This document shows, piece after piece, positions 28,440 through 41,874 of a stretch of 64,000 nt of DNA. A program made the position numbers and the translations under genes. Numbering within the stretch: the stretch's first letter is position 1; the number at the start of each line of letters is the position of its first letter. Location of the stretch: the NCBI RefSeq assembly GCF_009914755.1, contig NC_060925.1, one strand, 5' to 3'. The notes beneath the pieces are model-generated. The model was not told the DNA's origin, did no database searches, and saw only the letters and a program-made list of their open reading frames with translations. Source of the stretch: the human T2T-CHM13v2.0 reference genome, Homo sapiens.

Positions 28440-31400
28440 ACTTTTTTATTGACACATTTTATAATTACACATATTTATGGTGTACAATTTGATATTTTGA
28501 TACACATATGTTGTATAATGATCAAATCAAGGTGTTTAGTGTATCCATCACTTCACAGTGGTGGAACATTCAAAAGCTTCTCTTCTAGATATTTGGTAAT
28601 ACACAATACCATCCTATTAACAATTGTCACCTACTGTGCAATAGAACACCAGGACTTATTCCTCCTGTCTAATTGTAACTTTGTACCCGTTGACCAGCCT
28701 CTCTCTATCCTCCCTTCTTGCTCCTCTCCCTAATCTCTGGTAACCACTGTTTTACTCTCTGCTTCTATTATATCAACTCTTTATTCATATACACACAAAC
28801 ACACACACTTTTTTTCTTTTCGATAACAGCCATTCTAAATGGAGCAAGGTGATGATATCGCATTGTGGTTTTGATTTGCATTTCCCTGATTATTAATGCT
28901 GTCAAGCATTTTTTCATGTGCCTATTGGCCATTTGTGTGTCTCACTTTTTCTTTTGAAAAATATCTATTTAGGTATATTGGGTTTTTTTTCTTTTGTTTA
29001 AGTCCCTAATATATTCTGGATATTAACTCCTTGTCGAATGTATAGTTTACAAATATTTTCTCCCATTCTATAGGTTGTCTCTTCTCTTTGTTAATTGTTT
29101 TTCTTGCTGTGCAAAACCTTTTAAGTTTGACATAATTCTATTTGTCTATTTTTGCTTTTGTGTCCTATGCTTTTGAGGTCTTATTTTTAAAATCCCTGCC
29201 ATGCCCAATGTTGTAAAGCATTCCCCCTATGTTTTCTTCTAGTAGTTTCATAGTTATAGACGTTACAATTAGCCTTTAATCCATTTAGTTGAATTTTGCA
29301 TGTGGTGAGAAGTAAGGGTCTAGACTCATTCTTCTGCTCGTGGATATCCTATTTTTCCAGCACTGTTTATTTAAAACACTGTCTTTTCTATAATGTGTAT
29401 TCTTGGCACCTCTGTTGAAAATAAGTTGAATGTAGCTAGGTGAATTTATTTCTGGGCTCTCTATTGTGTTCCATTGATCTGTGTGTCTGCTTATATGTTA
29501 GTACCATAATGTCTTGGTACTTACAGCTTTGTAATCTATTTTAAAGTCAGGTAGTGTGATGCCTCCAGCTTTGTTCTTTTTGTTCAGGATTGCTTTAGCT
29601 ATGTCGGGCCTTTTGTGGTTCCATATAAATGTTAGGATTTTCTTTTTCTATTTCTGTATTTTGATAAGAATTTGGTATTTTGGTATTTTGGTATTTGGTA
29701 TTTTGATAAGAATTGCATTACATCTGTGGATAACTTCGGGTAGTATGGACATTTTAACAATATCAGTTCTTCTAATCTATAAATATGTGATATCTTTCCA
29801 TTTACTTGTGTCTTCCTCTATTTCTTTCCTCAGCGTTTTATAGTTTTCAGTGTAGAGATCTATCACTTCCTTAGTTAAGTTTATTCCTAGATATCTTAAT
29901 TTTTGGAAACTATTTTAAATGGAATTGTTTTCCTGAATTCTTTTTCAGATAGTTGGCTTCTAGCATACAGAAATGCTACTGATTTTTTTGTATGTTGATT
30001 TAGTGTGCTGTGACTTCACTGAATTCATTTATTAGTTTTAACAGTTTTGTTGTGGAATCTTTAGGGTTTTCTATACATAAAATCATGTCATTTGTAAATG
30101 GGAATAGTTTGACTTTCTTGTTTCCAAATTGCATGCCTTTTATTTCTTCCTCTTGACTAGTTGCTCTGGCAAGCACATTCAGTATTGTGTTGTGGGTTTG
30201 TCATATGTGGCCTTTCCTGTGTTGAGGTACATACCTTTTATACTTAATTTGTGGAGAGTTTTTATCACGAAGGGTGTTGAATATTGTCAGAAGCTTTTTC
30301 TCCGTTTATTTAAATGATCATATGGTTTTTTTCCTCTTACTTTTTGTTAATGTGGTTGTATGGTTTGGATATGGTTTGTTTGTCCCTACCAAAGGTCATG
30401 TTGAAATTGGATCCCCAGTGTGGCAGCACTGGAAAGTGGGGCCTAGTGGTAGGGGTGTTTTGGTTATGGGACAGATCTCTCATGAATGACTTGGTTCTAT
30501 TCTCAGTGAGTTCTCACTCTCTCAGGAGTGGACTGGTTCTTGCAGAAATGGATAAGTTCCAGTGAGAGTGGGTTGTCATAATGCCAGGATGCCCCTCAGG
30601 ATTCCCTCTCTTTACACGCATATGCTCTTCCTTTGACTTTCCCTGCCATGTTGTGACGCAGCAAAAGCCCTTGCAAAAGCCAAGCATGCTTTTGAACTTC
30701 TCAGCTTGCAGAACTATGAGCTAAATAAACCTTTTTTCTTTATAAATTACCCAGTCTCTGGTATTCTGTTATTACAACACCAAATAAACTAAGACAGTGG
30801 TGTATCACATTTGTTGATTTGCATATGTTGAACCATTCTTGCATCTCTGGGATAAATTCCACTTGAACACAGTAATTGATCTTTTTAATATGCTAGTATA
30901 TTCTGTTTGCTAGTTTCATGTTGAGAATTTTTATGTCTATGTTTATCAGGAATAGTGGACTTTAGTTTTCTTTTTTTGTTGTGTCCTTGTGTGGCTTTGG
31001 AATCAGGGTAATGCTGCCTCATGAAATTAGTTTGGAAGTATTTCCTAGTCTTCTATTTTCTGGAATAGTGTGACAAGCATCAGTATTGTTCTTTAAATGT
31101 TTGATAGAATTCAGCAGTGAAGCCATCAGGCTGGGCTTTTTATTTTATTTTTTGATGGAGGGTATTTTATTACTGATTCAATTTCCTCACTCATCATTGA
31201 TCTGTCCAAATTTTCAGTTTCTTCATAATTTAATCTTACAATCCTTCGTATTTCTGTGATGTCAGTTGTAGTGTCACCTTGTTCATCTCTGACTTGAAGT
31301 TTTGGGATCTTATCATATTTTTTCATAGACTAGCTAAATGTTTGTTTATTTTATCTTTAAAAAAACCAACTCTTTTGTTGTTTTTTTTAATTTTTTAGTC

Positions 31401-32227
31401 TCTGTTTATTTCTGCTCTGAGCTTTATTATTTCCTTTCTTCTACCAATTCTGGCTTAGTTTCTTCTTGTTTGTCTATTTTCTTGAGGTGTTTGGTTAAGT
31501 TATTTATCAGGAATCTTCCTTATTTTTTGATGTAGGCATTTATTGCTATGAACTTTCCTCTTAGAACTGTTTTTGCTGTGTTCCATAAGTTTTGGTATGA
31601 TGTGTTTCCATTCTCATTTGTCTCAAGGAATTTTTAAATTTCCCTTTTGTCTACTTACCCAGTTGGTTACTTTGGAGCATGTTATTTAATTTCCATGTAT
31701 TTGTAAGATTTCCAAAGTTTTTCTCGTTGTTGATTTCTAGGTTTGTACCATTATGGTCTGAAAAGATACTTGATATGATCTCTATGTTCTTAAATTTTTA
31801 AGTCTTGTTTTGTAGACTGCAGTATCATTTATCCTGGATGTTCTATGTGCAGTTGAGAAGAATGTGCATTCTGTAGCTGTTGGATGGAATGTTTTGTAAA
31901 TACCTGTTAGGTTCATTTAGTCTGTAGTGTAGTTTAATATGATGTTTCTTTGTTGATTTTCTGTCTGTATGATCTCTTCATTGTTGACAGTGGAGTGTTA
32001 AAGTCCGATACTATTATTGTATTGCTGTCTATCTCTCCCTTTAGAACTAATAATACGTACTTTATATATCTGAGTGCTCCAAGCTGGCTGTGCAACCATG
32101 GATGGGCATGCATATGCTGGAAAGCTGCACAGTGCCTTTCTCCAGTAATGTAGGGCTGACTTCAAGCCAGCTGTTGTGCTGGAAATGGGTATGTGCAGGC
32201 CAAGAGGCCTTTCTGATGTCAAATTCT
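28440..32227 (-). mobile_element. L1MA-like element with internal deletions, interrupted by an MST LTR and nested in an older L1ME-like copy
   Basis: L1MA-type 3'UTR at 28445-28780; ORF2-derived blocks (GTGATGCCTCCAGCTTTGTTC, GAATTCAGCAGTGAAGCCATC); diverged flanking duplication at 28411-28432 / 32228-32252. Confidence 0.85.
30357..30796 (+). mobile_element. MaLR solo LTR, MSTB-like
   Basis: TGTATGGTTTGGATATGG...TAAATTACCCAGTCTCTGGTATTCTGTT...AACTAAGACA; perfect TSD GTGGT. Confidence 0.92.
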
Positions 32228-34786
32228 TTGAGTTATTTTTTTAAAATGTTACAATATGCCTTGGAGATTATAGATATACATACATACATGTATGTGTGTA
32301 TACATATATTATACATTTCCTTCTTTTTTCTATTGTTTGCTTTTGATGAGCATATGGTTTTCCTGTTTGCTTTTGTTTGGTTTGGCTTAAACTTTTTAAA
32401 ATAGGTTTTTATAATTGGCAATTAAAAATATACTTTTTTGCTATTAATGAGTATATATGTCTTTCGTATAAATGCAAGCTTTTTTACACAAAAGATTTCT
32501 AGAAGTGAGCTTGCTATGTCAGAGGATATTTGCATTTTATATTTTGATAGCTACACTCTGACAGATAGCTTCAAAAAGAACTGTGCTTAGATAACATCTG
32601 AGCTTGCTCTTTTCACCACATTTTCAAAAATAGTATCAACCTTTTTCTTGTATTCTCAATCTAATGAGCAAAAAGTTACTGTCTTCTTATTTTAATTTTT
32701 ATTCCCTCTGCTAGTGAGTTAACAAACAAACACAGCATATGTCTCTTAGTTCGCGTATATTTTCTCTTGTAAATGGTCCTTTGTTCAGATTTCTATTAGC
32801 TTGTCTTTATATTTTTTTGAAAGAGCTCTGTATAAAATGAATATTAAACCTTTGTATATTATAGATGTTATGACTGTTTCCTCCTAGTTATCTTTTAACT
32901 TTGTTCACTGTAGCTTTTTCCACATGGAAATTAAAATATATGTATAGTAAAATCTTTCAGTCTTATAAAAATTTTTTCTAAGTCCTTTTATCATTTTCTT
33001 TTTAAATTTGATATCTGGTGAGACAGATTCCAATTAATTATGGCATAATTTAAAAATTTCTTTGGGATTCTTGCCTATTTTATTGTTCCATATAAACCAA
33101 CAAATTATCTGTTTAAATTGGTTAATAATCATTAGGATTTTGATTGAAATTTTATCTATAGATTTATATAGAATCAACACATTAAAATATGGACTCTCCC
33201 CACCCAAGAACACAATATATTGTTTTATATGTTCAAGGCTTTTTGAATGTCTTATCATACAATTTTTTCATTTTTAATATAGATCTTACACATTTTTGGT
33301 ACCTCTATGTTTATGTGTTTTAATGTCTTATTGTTCTAGTCAATATGACTTTTTAAGTATGATTTTAATGTTTTATTTTTGTCATATAGTCAAGCTGATT
33401 TTTAAAATTTTATCTAACTTTTATATAGTTTTTCATAAACTTGTCAATTTTTTATAGATTTTATTTATTCTTGCAGAGTAGCCTTTTGCTGTGATTAATC
33501 AAGCCAACCTTGATTAATTAAACCTTTTAAATTTAAACCTTCTAAAGGCTTACTGTAAATTATTGCTGTGTTTATTTTCCACCCTTATTAATTCTTTCCT
33601 TCAACTTTGTTTTACTTTCTTTGTTGTTTATTAAGTTGATTATTTAATTATTTTCAACATTTTTGCTATTAATTGGTACATTTTTAAGGCTACTTATTTT
33701 TCCTTTGAGTTTATCTTTGCAGTAGCCTATTTTAGTATATATTCACAGCGACTCACTTCTAAACAGATTATGATTTTAATTTTGAATTCCTCTTACAGTC
33801 AAGATTTATTAAAATTGAGATTTTAAATGTATGCAATTGGAGAGTTTTCTTGTCGTTCTTTGTTTTTGCAGGAAGGAGGTGTTCATTTTTACTATTTATT
33901 TATTTAGCCAGAAAGTGTGGACCATAATTTCTACTGTTACAAATGTGTAAAATTATTTTGTGGCCTTATGTAGTCAATCTTTTAAAATATTCTGTAACTA
34001 TTAAAAATAAGTCATTTTTGTTTGTTGGATATAACTTTTAATATTGAATAATCTATATTGCTGTTTATTTCTGACTACTTCATATCATTGATTTATAATT
34101 TGTGTCCAAATACAACAGTGAATTTGTTTATTTCTCCTTATAAAATTTTAATAAGTTGACCTTATATTTTTGATGCATGTTGCTAAGTACCTATGATGTA
34201 TTATCTTAATATTTTTTAATTATTTTCATCTTATACTCAAGTATATTTATGATTGATAGGACCAGTCTTGATTTATTAGTGAATCTTCATGTTCGACCAT
34301 TCTATGTCATTTTCATGTAATTATGATTCTAGTAAAGAGAATGTAGCTAAAATTATTATGTATATCTGACATGGCTTCTATTTTTAATGAGGAGTTTTAC
34401 TTAATTCACATTTGTTGTAATGATCGAAATATTTAATCATGTATAACCTGCTTGTTTATTTTTCTTCTTCTTTTGTATTAAGCTTATTTTATTAGGGTAT
34501 TTTTTCTTCATTCTTTCTTTAGTAATTCTGCATTCCATTTTTCTCACATCGTGTATGTTTAAATACAGTATGTAAACTTACAATTTCCAATTCTATGTTG
34601 ACATTAAGTATGTCCTAAAATTGCTCTTTCTGAATTAGATTCTCAGTAATTTTTCATTTTCTTTCTACTTCCCTGCCCCTTCCTGTGTTTTGTTAAAATG
34701 ATCATCAACATATATATTCAGCTTATTTGTTCTTTAAAGCCATTTTCTTAGGAATTATTTCCTGGAAATTGCCCTTTAAGGTGTCA

Positions 34787-35066
<280 letters not shown>

Positions 35067-35436
35067 TGTATCACTTAGCTTTATTATCAATACTTTTTAG
35101 ACTTAAAAACATGCATTCTGGTTAAATTGTTGACCGTCTTTCCTTGTATCTCACAGTGTCATCTTTTTTTAGATTTTTTTTTGTTTTTCCTCAAATATAT
35201 CCTCAAATATTTTCTTCAAAAGACTCCTATTAGATAAAGCTTCCTGAGACCCTGTGACTGAAAATGTTACCTCAGCCTTCACACATTAAAGATAATTTCA
35301 ATGTAAAATTCTAGGTTAAAAATTATGTTTTCTCAGAATTTTGAAGACATGCTTCTACAGTCTCTTTGCATCCACATTTTCTGATGAAGATAATGGTATC
35401 AATCAGTTCCTTGTTTCTTTGCAAGGAATTATTCAC

Positions 35437-35596
35437 TGCACTGTCCAAAACACAGCCACCTAGCACATATGTCTCTTGAACCTTTCTTTGAAATGTGAGT
35501 AGTAGACTGACGAACTGAATTTTTAAATTTCTTAAATTTTAATTAATTTAAACTTAAATGTAAATAGCCATGTGTAGCTAGTGATTAGTGCAGCTC
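35437..35596. mobile_element. MER3-like hAT-Charlie MITE
   Basis: CACTGTCCAA...AGCCAC...GAAATGTG..TAGT..GACTGA.GAACTGAATTTTTAA...AAATAGCCATGTGTAGCTAGTG. Confidence 0.75.
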
Positions 35597-37279
35597 TACA
35601 TCACGAAGATACGTATAGTTGGTTCATTAATCTTTATGGATATGCAGTATGGGCATTCTCCATGAGTTAATTCATTTTTCATACTTTTCAACCCTTTGTC
35701 ATCTGTACTCTTTTCTAGGAGAATCCCTCATTTTAATCTTCTATTTTATTATTCTAGTTTCAACTATTCTGCTGATTTATTAAGTTTATGGTAATTGTGC
35801 TTTTAATTTCCAAGGATTCTGCCCATTAATTTTTTATAGCAGCCAGTTGCTTTTATCATAAATATTTATGAAAATTTTAAAAAGTGTATAAATATATATA
35901 AATATATACATGCATGCATGCACACACACTGTATGTATATTTTCATATATATTTATACACTTTAAAAATTATATATTTTTACACTTATATACACTGAAGT
36001 GTATATACTTTTAAATATACACTTTAAAAAATTAAATACATATTTCCATTTTATTTCTGTTTCCTCTATATTAACTCTCATTTTCTTAGTGGTTACCTTT
36101 TTGCTTGTTGAGTCAGTGACTCTTTTTTCATACTGTGATTCTATCAAATGTTTAGTAATTGATTATGTCTTGATGGAAAAGTATTGATAGTGTCATCTTA
36201 TTTACTCAGCACAAATGAGAAGTAATGGTAAATACAGGTACTAGTAACAGGAGCCTTCGTTCTATGTACTAGACAAGGGAAGAGAGACACATAAAGGGCC
36301 CCTCTATAAGGATAGGTCATAGCCTCTTGTATTGGCACAGGAGACCATAAGTTATCAGAGGTACTTCTCAGAATTCCCATTTTATAAAGCTGTATTTACA
36401 GCATAATCCTAGAAGCAAACATTGAGGTCAGCTGCTCTGAGGACAGGGAATTGGCATAGTATACACACACATACCATACACACACATACACACATACACA
36501 CACACACACAATAATAAACATACTGGTCCAACCACCCATAGTTTTCTACTTCTAGCCTTCACTACTACTTCTGATCTTGTGCTTATTTGTGGTTCATCTG
36601 GAAAAAATTACTTACTTTGGAGGCTCTTTTATCTGCATGGCTTATAGATTTCAGAGACCTGGCTAAGTTTTTTTTTTAATTGGTTGCATTGAGATTTAGA
36701 ATTGGTATATATCGTCCTGGTGGACGGACACCTTATCACTGTGATATGACCTTGTTTATTCCAAGTAATGCTTTCTGTTTGACTAATATCAATATAGCCA
36801 TACCAGTTTTATTTGGTTTGTAACTACATGGTACACAGTACCACTCTACTGTTGTACACACATATAAATTTTAAAAATTAGCTTGAAAATATTAATCTTC
36901 TACTTGAATTATTTTGTTTGTTAATGTACTTATTGATGTATTTGGATTTATATCCACCTTATTATTATTTAGCCTACCTGATCTTTTTAAATGCCTTTGG
37001 TTTTTCTTTCTTTTAGATTAATCAGGTGATTTGTCATTCAATAGTTTATTATCTTATTATTTTTACATTTTAAACAATTCTTTTAATGCCTAAGAGATAA
37101 AAATATGTACCCATGTCTTATTACAGCTTAATTCAAATGATTGCTTTCACCTCTTCCACAATAAGGATACAACCTTATAACACTTTAACTTCATTTATCC
37201 CTTTGGTATTATTGTCATGTATTTTAATTTTATATATATTTTAAATTCCCCAAACATAAACATTGTTATTTTGTGCCAT

Positions 37280-37360
37280 ATATATACAGACATATATATA
37301 TATACACACACACACGCGCGCGTACATACATGCATATACACACACACACACAAACACACA
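37280..37360. repeat. (TA)n/(CA)n compound microsatellite
   Basis: Directly visible. Confidence 0.85.
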
Positions 37361-37399
37361 TGGAGAGGAAAAGAAGGTGGGAGAAAGGGAGGGAGATTG

Positions 37400-37526
37400 A
37401 TAGAGAGCCTCACTATGTTGCTAAGTGGGCAACTGAGCTTATCTCAAAACTTCTGGGCTCAAGCAAACCCCCTGCCTTAGCTTCTTGAATAGCTGGGATT
37501 ACAGTTGTGAGCCATGGCACCTGGCT
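37400..37526 (-). mobile_element. Old Alu monomer (FLAM/AluJ-like)
   Basis: CTCACTATGTTGC...CTTCTGGGCTCAAGCAA.CC...GCTGGGATTACAG.TGTGAGCCA.GGCACCTGGC. Confidence 0.8.
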
Positions 37527-37792
37527 TATATTCACTTATGTTTACCCAAGTATTTATCTTTGTATTGCTCTTCATTTTTTCCTTCATTTCTGCATTTTCC
37601 TTTATGATTGATTATGTTATTTATGAAGAAGAAGTTGACTTAATATTTCCTTTAGTACAGTCCTACCAAGAGGAATTGTTTTGATTTTTGTTTTTCTGGA
37701 AATATTAGTATTTCATATTTATTTTTGAGATATATTTTCATTGAGTGTACAATGCTAGTTGACATTTATTTTTAGCATTTAAAAAATATTCC

Positions 37793-38108
37793 AGGCCAGG
37801 CGTGGTGGCTCACACCTGTAATCCTAGCACTTTGGGAGGCCGAGGCAGGTGGATTGCCTGAGCTCAGGAGTTCGAGACCAGCCTGGGCAACACGGTGAAA
37901 CCCCGTCTCTACTAAAATACAAAAAATTAGCTGGATGTGGTGGCATGCACCTGTAGTCCCAGCTACTCGGGAGGCTGAGGCAAGAGAATTGCTTGAACTC
38001 AGGAACTCAGGAGGTGGAGGTTGCAGTGAGCTGGGATCCCACCACTGCACTCCAGCCTGGGTGCCTGGGTGACAGAGTGAGACTCCATTTCTAAAAAAAA
38101 AAAAAAAA
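37793..38108 (+). mobile_element. AluS with two internal micro-duplications
   Basis: Full dimer with A-tail; GAACTCAG.GAACTCAG and GCCTGGGT.GCCTGGGT duplications. Confidence 0.95.
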
Positions 38109-38645
38109 CACCATTCTAATTTCTTCTGGCTTATATCATTTCTACTGAGAAGTCAGCTGTAATCTTATTTCTGCTCCTTCAAAGATACTGTGTATTTTTT
38201 CCTTTTGCTTCTTTTATGATTTATTTTACTTCTGTATTTTTTAAAAATCAGTTTTTCTATGATATGCCTTAATGGTTTAAAAAGTGTTTATTATGCTTTT
38301 AGTTTGCTGATTTTTTTGAATTTATGGATTGATACTTTTCTTCAATTTGGAAATTTTTTTTGCCATTATCTCTTCAAATATAGTTTCTTTCCAATTATTT
38401 TCTCTCTTTCTGATATACAAGTTACATATATGTGATGCAATTTCTCTTTCTCTCTATTCTTGCCTCCTCCCTTTCTTTTTCTTTCTGTGTTTCCACTTGG
38501 GTCTTTTCTATTGACTGTCTTTGAGTTCATTAATCTTGTCCTCAACTCTGTCCAGCTTGGTACTGTATGTATCCATTTAGTTCTTATTTTAAGACATAAC
38601 ACTTTTTATTTCTAGAAATCCCATCTCATTATTTTGTATAGATTC

Positions 38646-39210
38646 TATGGTGGCTTTATATTATGCCAACTAGGTTAGGCTGATCTACATTTCTCACAGT
38701 TCTTTTTCTTCCATGTTTCCAATTGAAGTGGGTCATGAAAGACATTTCATGTGAAATTCGGAAGGTGGAATTAAAGCGGTGATCAGATTAATTTACACCT
38801 GGAAAGTCATGAACAGACTCAAATGCTGTTGCAGCTCACACATGCTGTCATTGATCTGTTGGTTCACATCATTGGTGTTGAGCAGCAGACAGGCCTTCAG
38901 CTACTCCTCTTTCAGCTTCTCGGAATCGTTAGCCAAAGGTGTGCCAACTGTATGACGAAGGCTTTTAACTTCTTGTGCACAACCATTCCCACTGATGGTA
39001 GAAGTAGTGAGAAACTGGAAGGAGCCTAGGTCCATCCCCATGTGTTCCAGTTTATTCCTGTGGATTCCAGTTTATTCTCACTGACCCAACCTTGATATCT
39101 GTTCTTTTTCCTCAAATGTTTAACCTTGAGACATGAACCTCCAGTATCAGATACAAAGGCGTCAACCTTAATGTGACTTCTAACCAACTAGATAGAACAT
39201 GACTGGTTCA
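38646..39210 (+). mobile_element. ERVL-type solo LTR (LTR52-like) inserted in old L1
   Basis: Start TATGGTGGCTTTATATTATGCCAACTAGGTTAGGCTGATCTACATTTC, end GAACATGACTGGTTCA; flanks GATTC/GATTT; L1 sequence resumes on both sides. Confidence 0.65.
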
Positions 39211-40370
39211 GATTTTAATTATCTGATAAAATTCTCCAACATTTTATCTTTTTGCTGTATAATTTATCTATTTTTCTTATTCATGTTATTCAGTTTTTTT
39301 ATAATGTTTGTCTTAATATCTACATCATGTGTGGATTTGTTTCTGTTGCCTATTTCTTTTTCTCTTGGGTTTTGGACCCATGGCCCTGTCTCTTGCCATG
39401 CCCAAAAGGATTTTAATAAATGCAGAACACTGAGAATAAAGACTACAGAGGCTCCAGATATTGTGATCTTGCATTAGAAAAGGGTTACCCTTTCTTCTGC
39501 CAGGCAGATAGAGAGGCTATCACCTTAATTTATCCAGGAATAGGCTGACTTTAGACATGCTAGAAGTTTTGATTAAGATTCAGTCTATCTTTGGTTTCCT
39601 TTGTCTGTAGTCTGGAGATCTCTGTGGCTTGCAATTAAGACACTACTTCATTCACTAGCTCATTCATCCTAGCAAGTTTTTGTATTCTCAGCACTGGGAG
39701 AGTACAAAATGTCCCACTCCACCACTCAGGGTTTGTAGCTTAGCTCTTTAGCTCCACCCTGCACACCTTCAATATTTGGCAAATATTTTGAGGGGAAAAT
39801 CAGTTGTGTCTTGAGCCTCTTCAATTCTCCAATTTTTTGACTCCAATCCTTGTAAATGCCAAAATGTCTAATGGTTTCTGTGTCCCCAACGGTGCCCCCT
39901 TGCCATTTGAAAGCCTACTTTCCCAGTCTACCCATGTCAAGAATCAGCACAATCTTCCAGAAAAAAATGCAGCTGAAGATCATTATTACACCTGTCCAAT
40001 AGCCTTCCTTTCCAATGATTTTAGCCTCTCTAATACTTATTATCTACAACTATCTATTGCATACCTTTAAACAGATGATTTTTGTGTTTGTTTTGTTTTA
40101 AAAAAATCAACAGGTAAATCAATCTACTTAAAACTAATCTTCATGCAACAAAAAGCCTGCCAATCTGTTCTTATTTATATCAAACTGAAATTTCTATTAG
40201 TTTACTGCTCTGCTCTTAGGATAACCAGTTCCCTAGTCTTACCATGGCTTTTACAATCATATTATAATGTCTTGTCAGTAGTAATTTGAGAGGGAAGATA
40301 GGTGAACATGTCCCTTCAATAAGCCATCTTGAACTAGAACCCCCAGGGCATTTTGAACCTTCTGCCTGTA

Positions 40371-40508
40371 TTACAGTTATCTGATTATATTTGTCTCTAC
40401 TGCTATGTTATACATTTCTTAAAGGTAAAGACTATATATGTTATAGTTATCTGATTATATCTGTCTCTACTACTATGATATACATTTCTTAAAGGTAAAG
40501 ACTTTATG
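40371..40508. repeat. Two-copy tandem duplication (~70 bp) within an L2 3' fragment
   Basis: 40371-40440 versus 40441-40508; 4-5 substitutions and a 2-nt indel. Confidence 0.92.
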
Positions 40509-41717
40509 TTATTCATATTCATGCTTACCATAATACTTAGCATATGTAATCATATATAGTAGGTATTCATCATTTATTTATTAAAGAACTTGTGAATAGA
40601 TAACTGCATGAAGTTCAGAGTCAGTGGCTTTCTTGGTATCTTTCACATGATGAATAGTATTGCTTTTAACAATCCAAATATTGTGTATAATATTATAGAA
40701 ATAGAGGCAAATATTTCAGTGTTTTTTTTTTTACAGAACGTGGTATATTCTATGCCCCTAACAAAACTCAAGCAATATTAAAAACAATTTGCATCTAGCT
40801 TCTGGGATTTTTGAGAGAATTCTTTAAAAATGAAGGACTTTAATCATCTGGTCCCTCTAGATTTTATAGTAGTTGAAGAAATATATAAAAAAATTTTGTG
40901 ATATATATTTTGGTTATCTCCTAACATTTATATTTCCCTTTAGAAAAGAAAAAAATCCCACATGAAAAGGGAAATTGAAGAGAAATATTACCTACCACAT
41001 AAAAAGTCATACTTTTGTAAGATTATATTTCCATTTCTACATAATATTCTCTCATTATGAAATCATCAGTGCATTTTTTAGTCATAAACAAGACAGTGAA
41101 AAGAAAATGAGTAACAATATAAATGACTTTCTGGAAAATGAGGTCTATTCAAATTTCAGGAAAAAAGTTAACTCTGAAATATTAATTGATCATAATGAGG
41201 AGGCCAAACTTCAGATACACAGAGGAGCCATGGAACATTTCCCATAGGCCTGCAGCTTGTGAAGACGTCTAGGAACACTGACATGAAGTTAAATTTAAAA
41301 GTAAATAAAAATAGATAAGACTATCAGACTGTCAACTTGAAGAACTTCAACAAGGAATGCTATGCTCTGGCTTTTTGCAATTCAAATATACAGTAGGAAG
41401 AAACATAATCCCACTAAAAAATACAATTGCCGTCATTCTTGGCCACTAGAAAGAAATTTCAAAAAGGTCAGCCTCTGCTCCTTTCTTCCCTAAGAAGTGA
41501 ATCGATGATATAGATTATCTCATGAGCCCATGAACAGATGCCCAGTTGTTTTGGCAGAATTTCAACCCTCGGGAGAGAATCTTAATCTAGTATCTTTCTC
41601 ACTACTGGTACAAGAGGCACCACCACTTTCTACAAACTTCCCAACCCTGTTTAATCTTCACATTCTGGTCTTCTCCTTTGACATTCCACCTGAATATTAC
41701 ATTTTTCATTAAACAAC

Positions 41718-41754
41718 TATATATATGTGTGTGTATATGTATATATATGTGTAT

Positions 41755-41821
<67 letters not shown>

Positions 41822-41840
41822 CGTATATATATATATATAC

Positions 41841-41873
<33 letters not shown>
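41718..41873. repeat. Compound (TG)n(TA)n microsatellite
   Basis: About 155 bp of almost uninterrupted alternating purine-pyrimidine. Confidence 0.97.
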
Positions 41874-41874
<1 letters not shown>

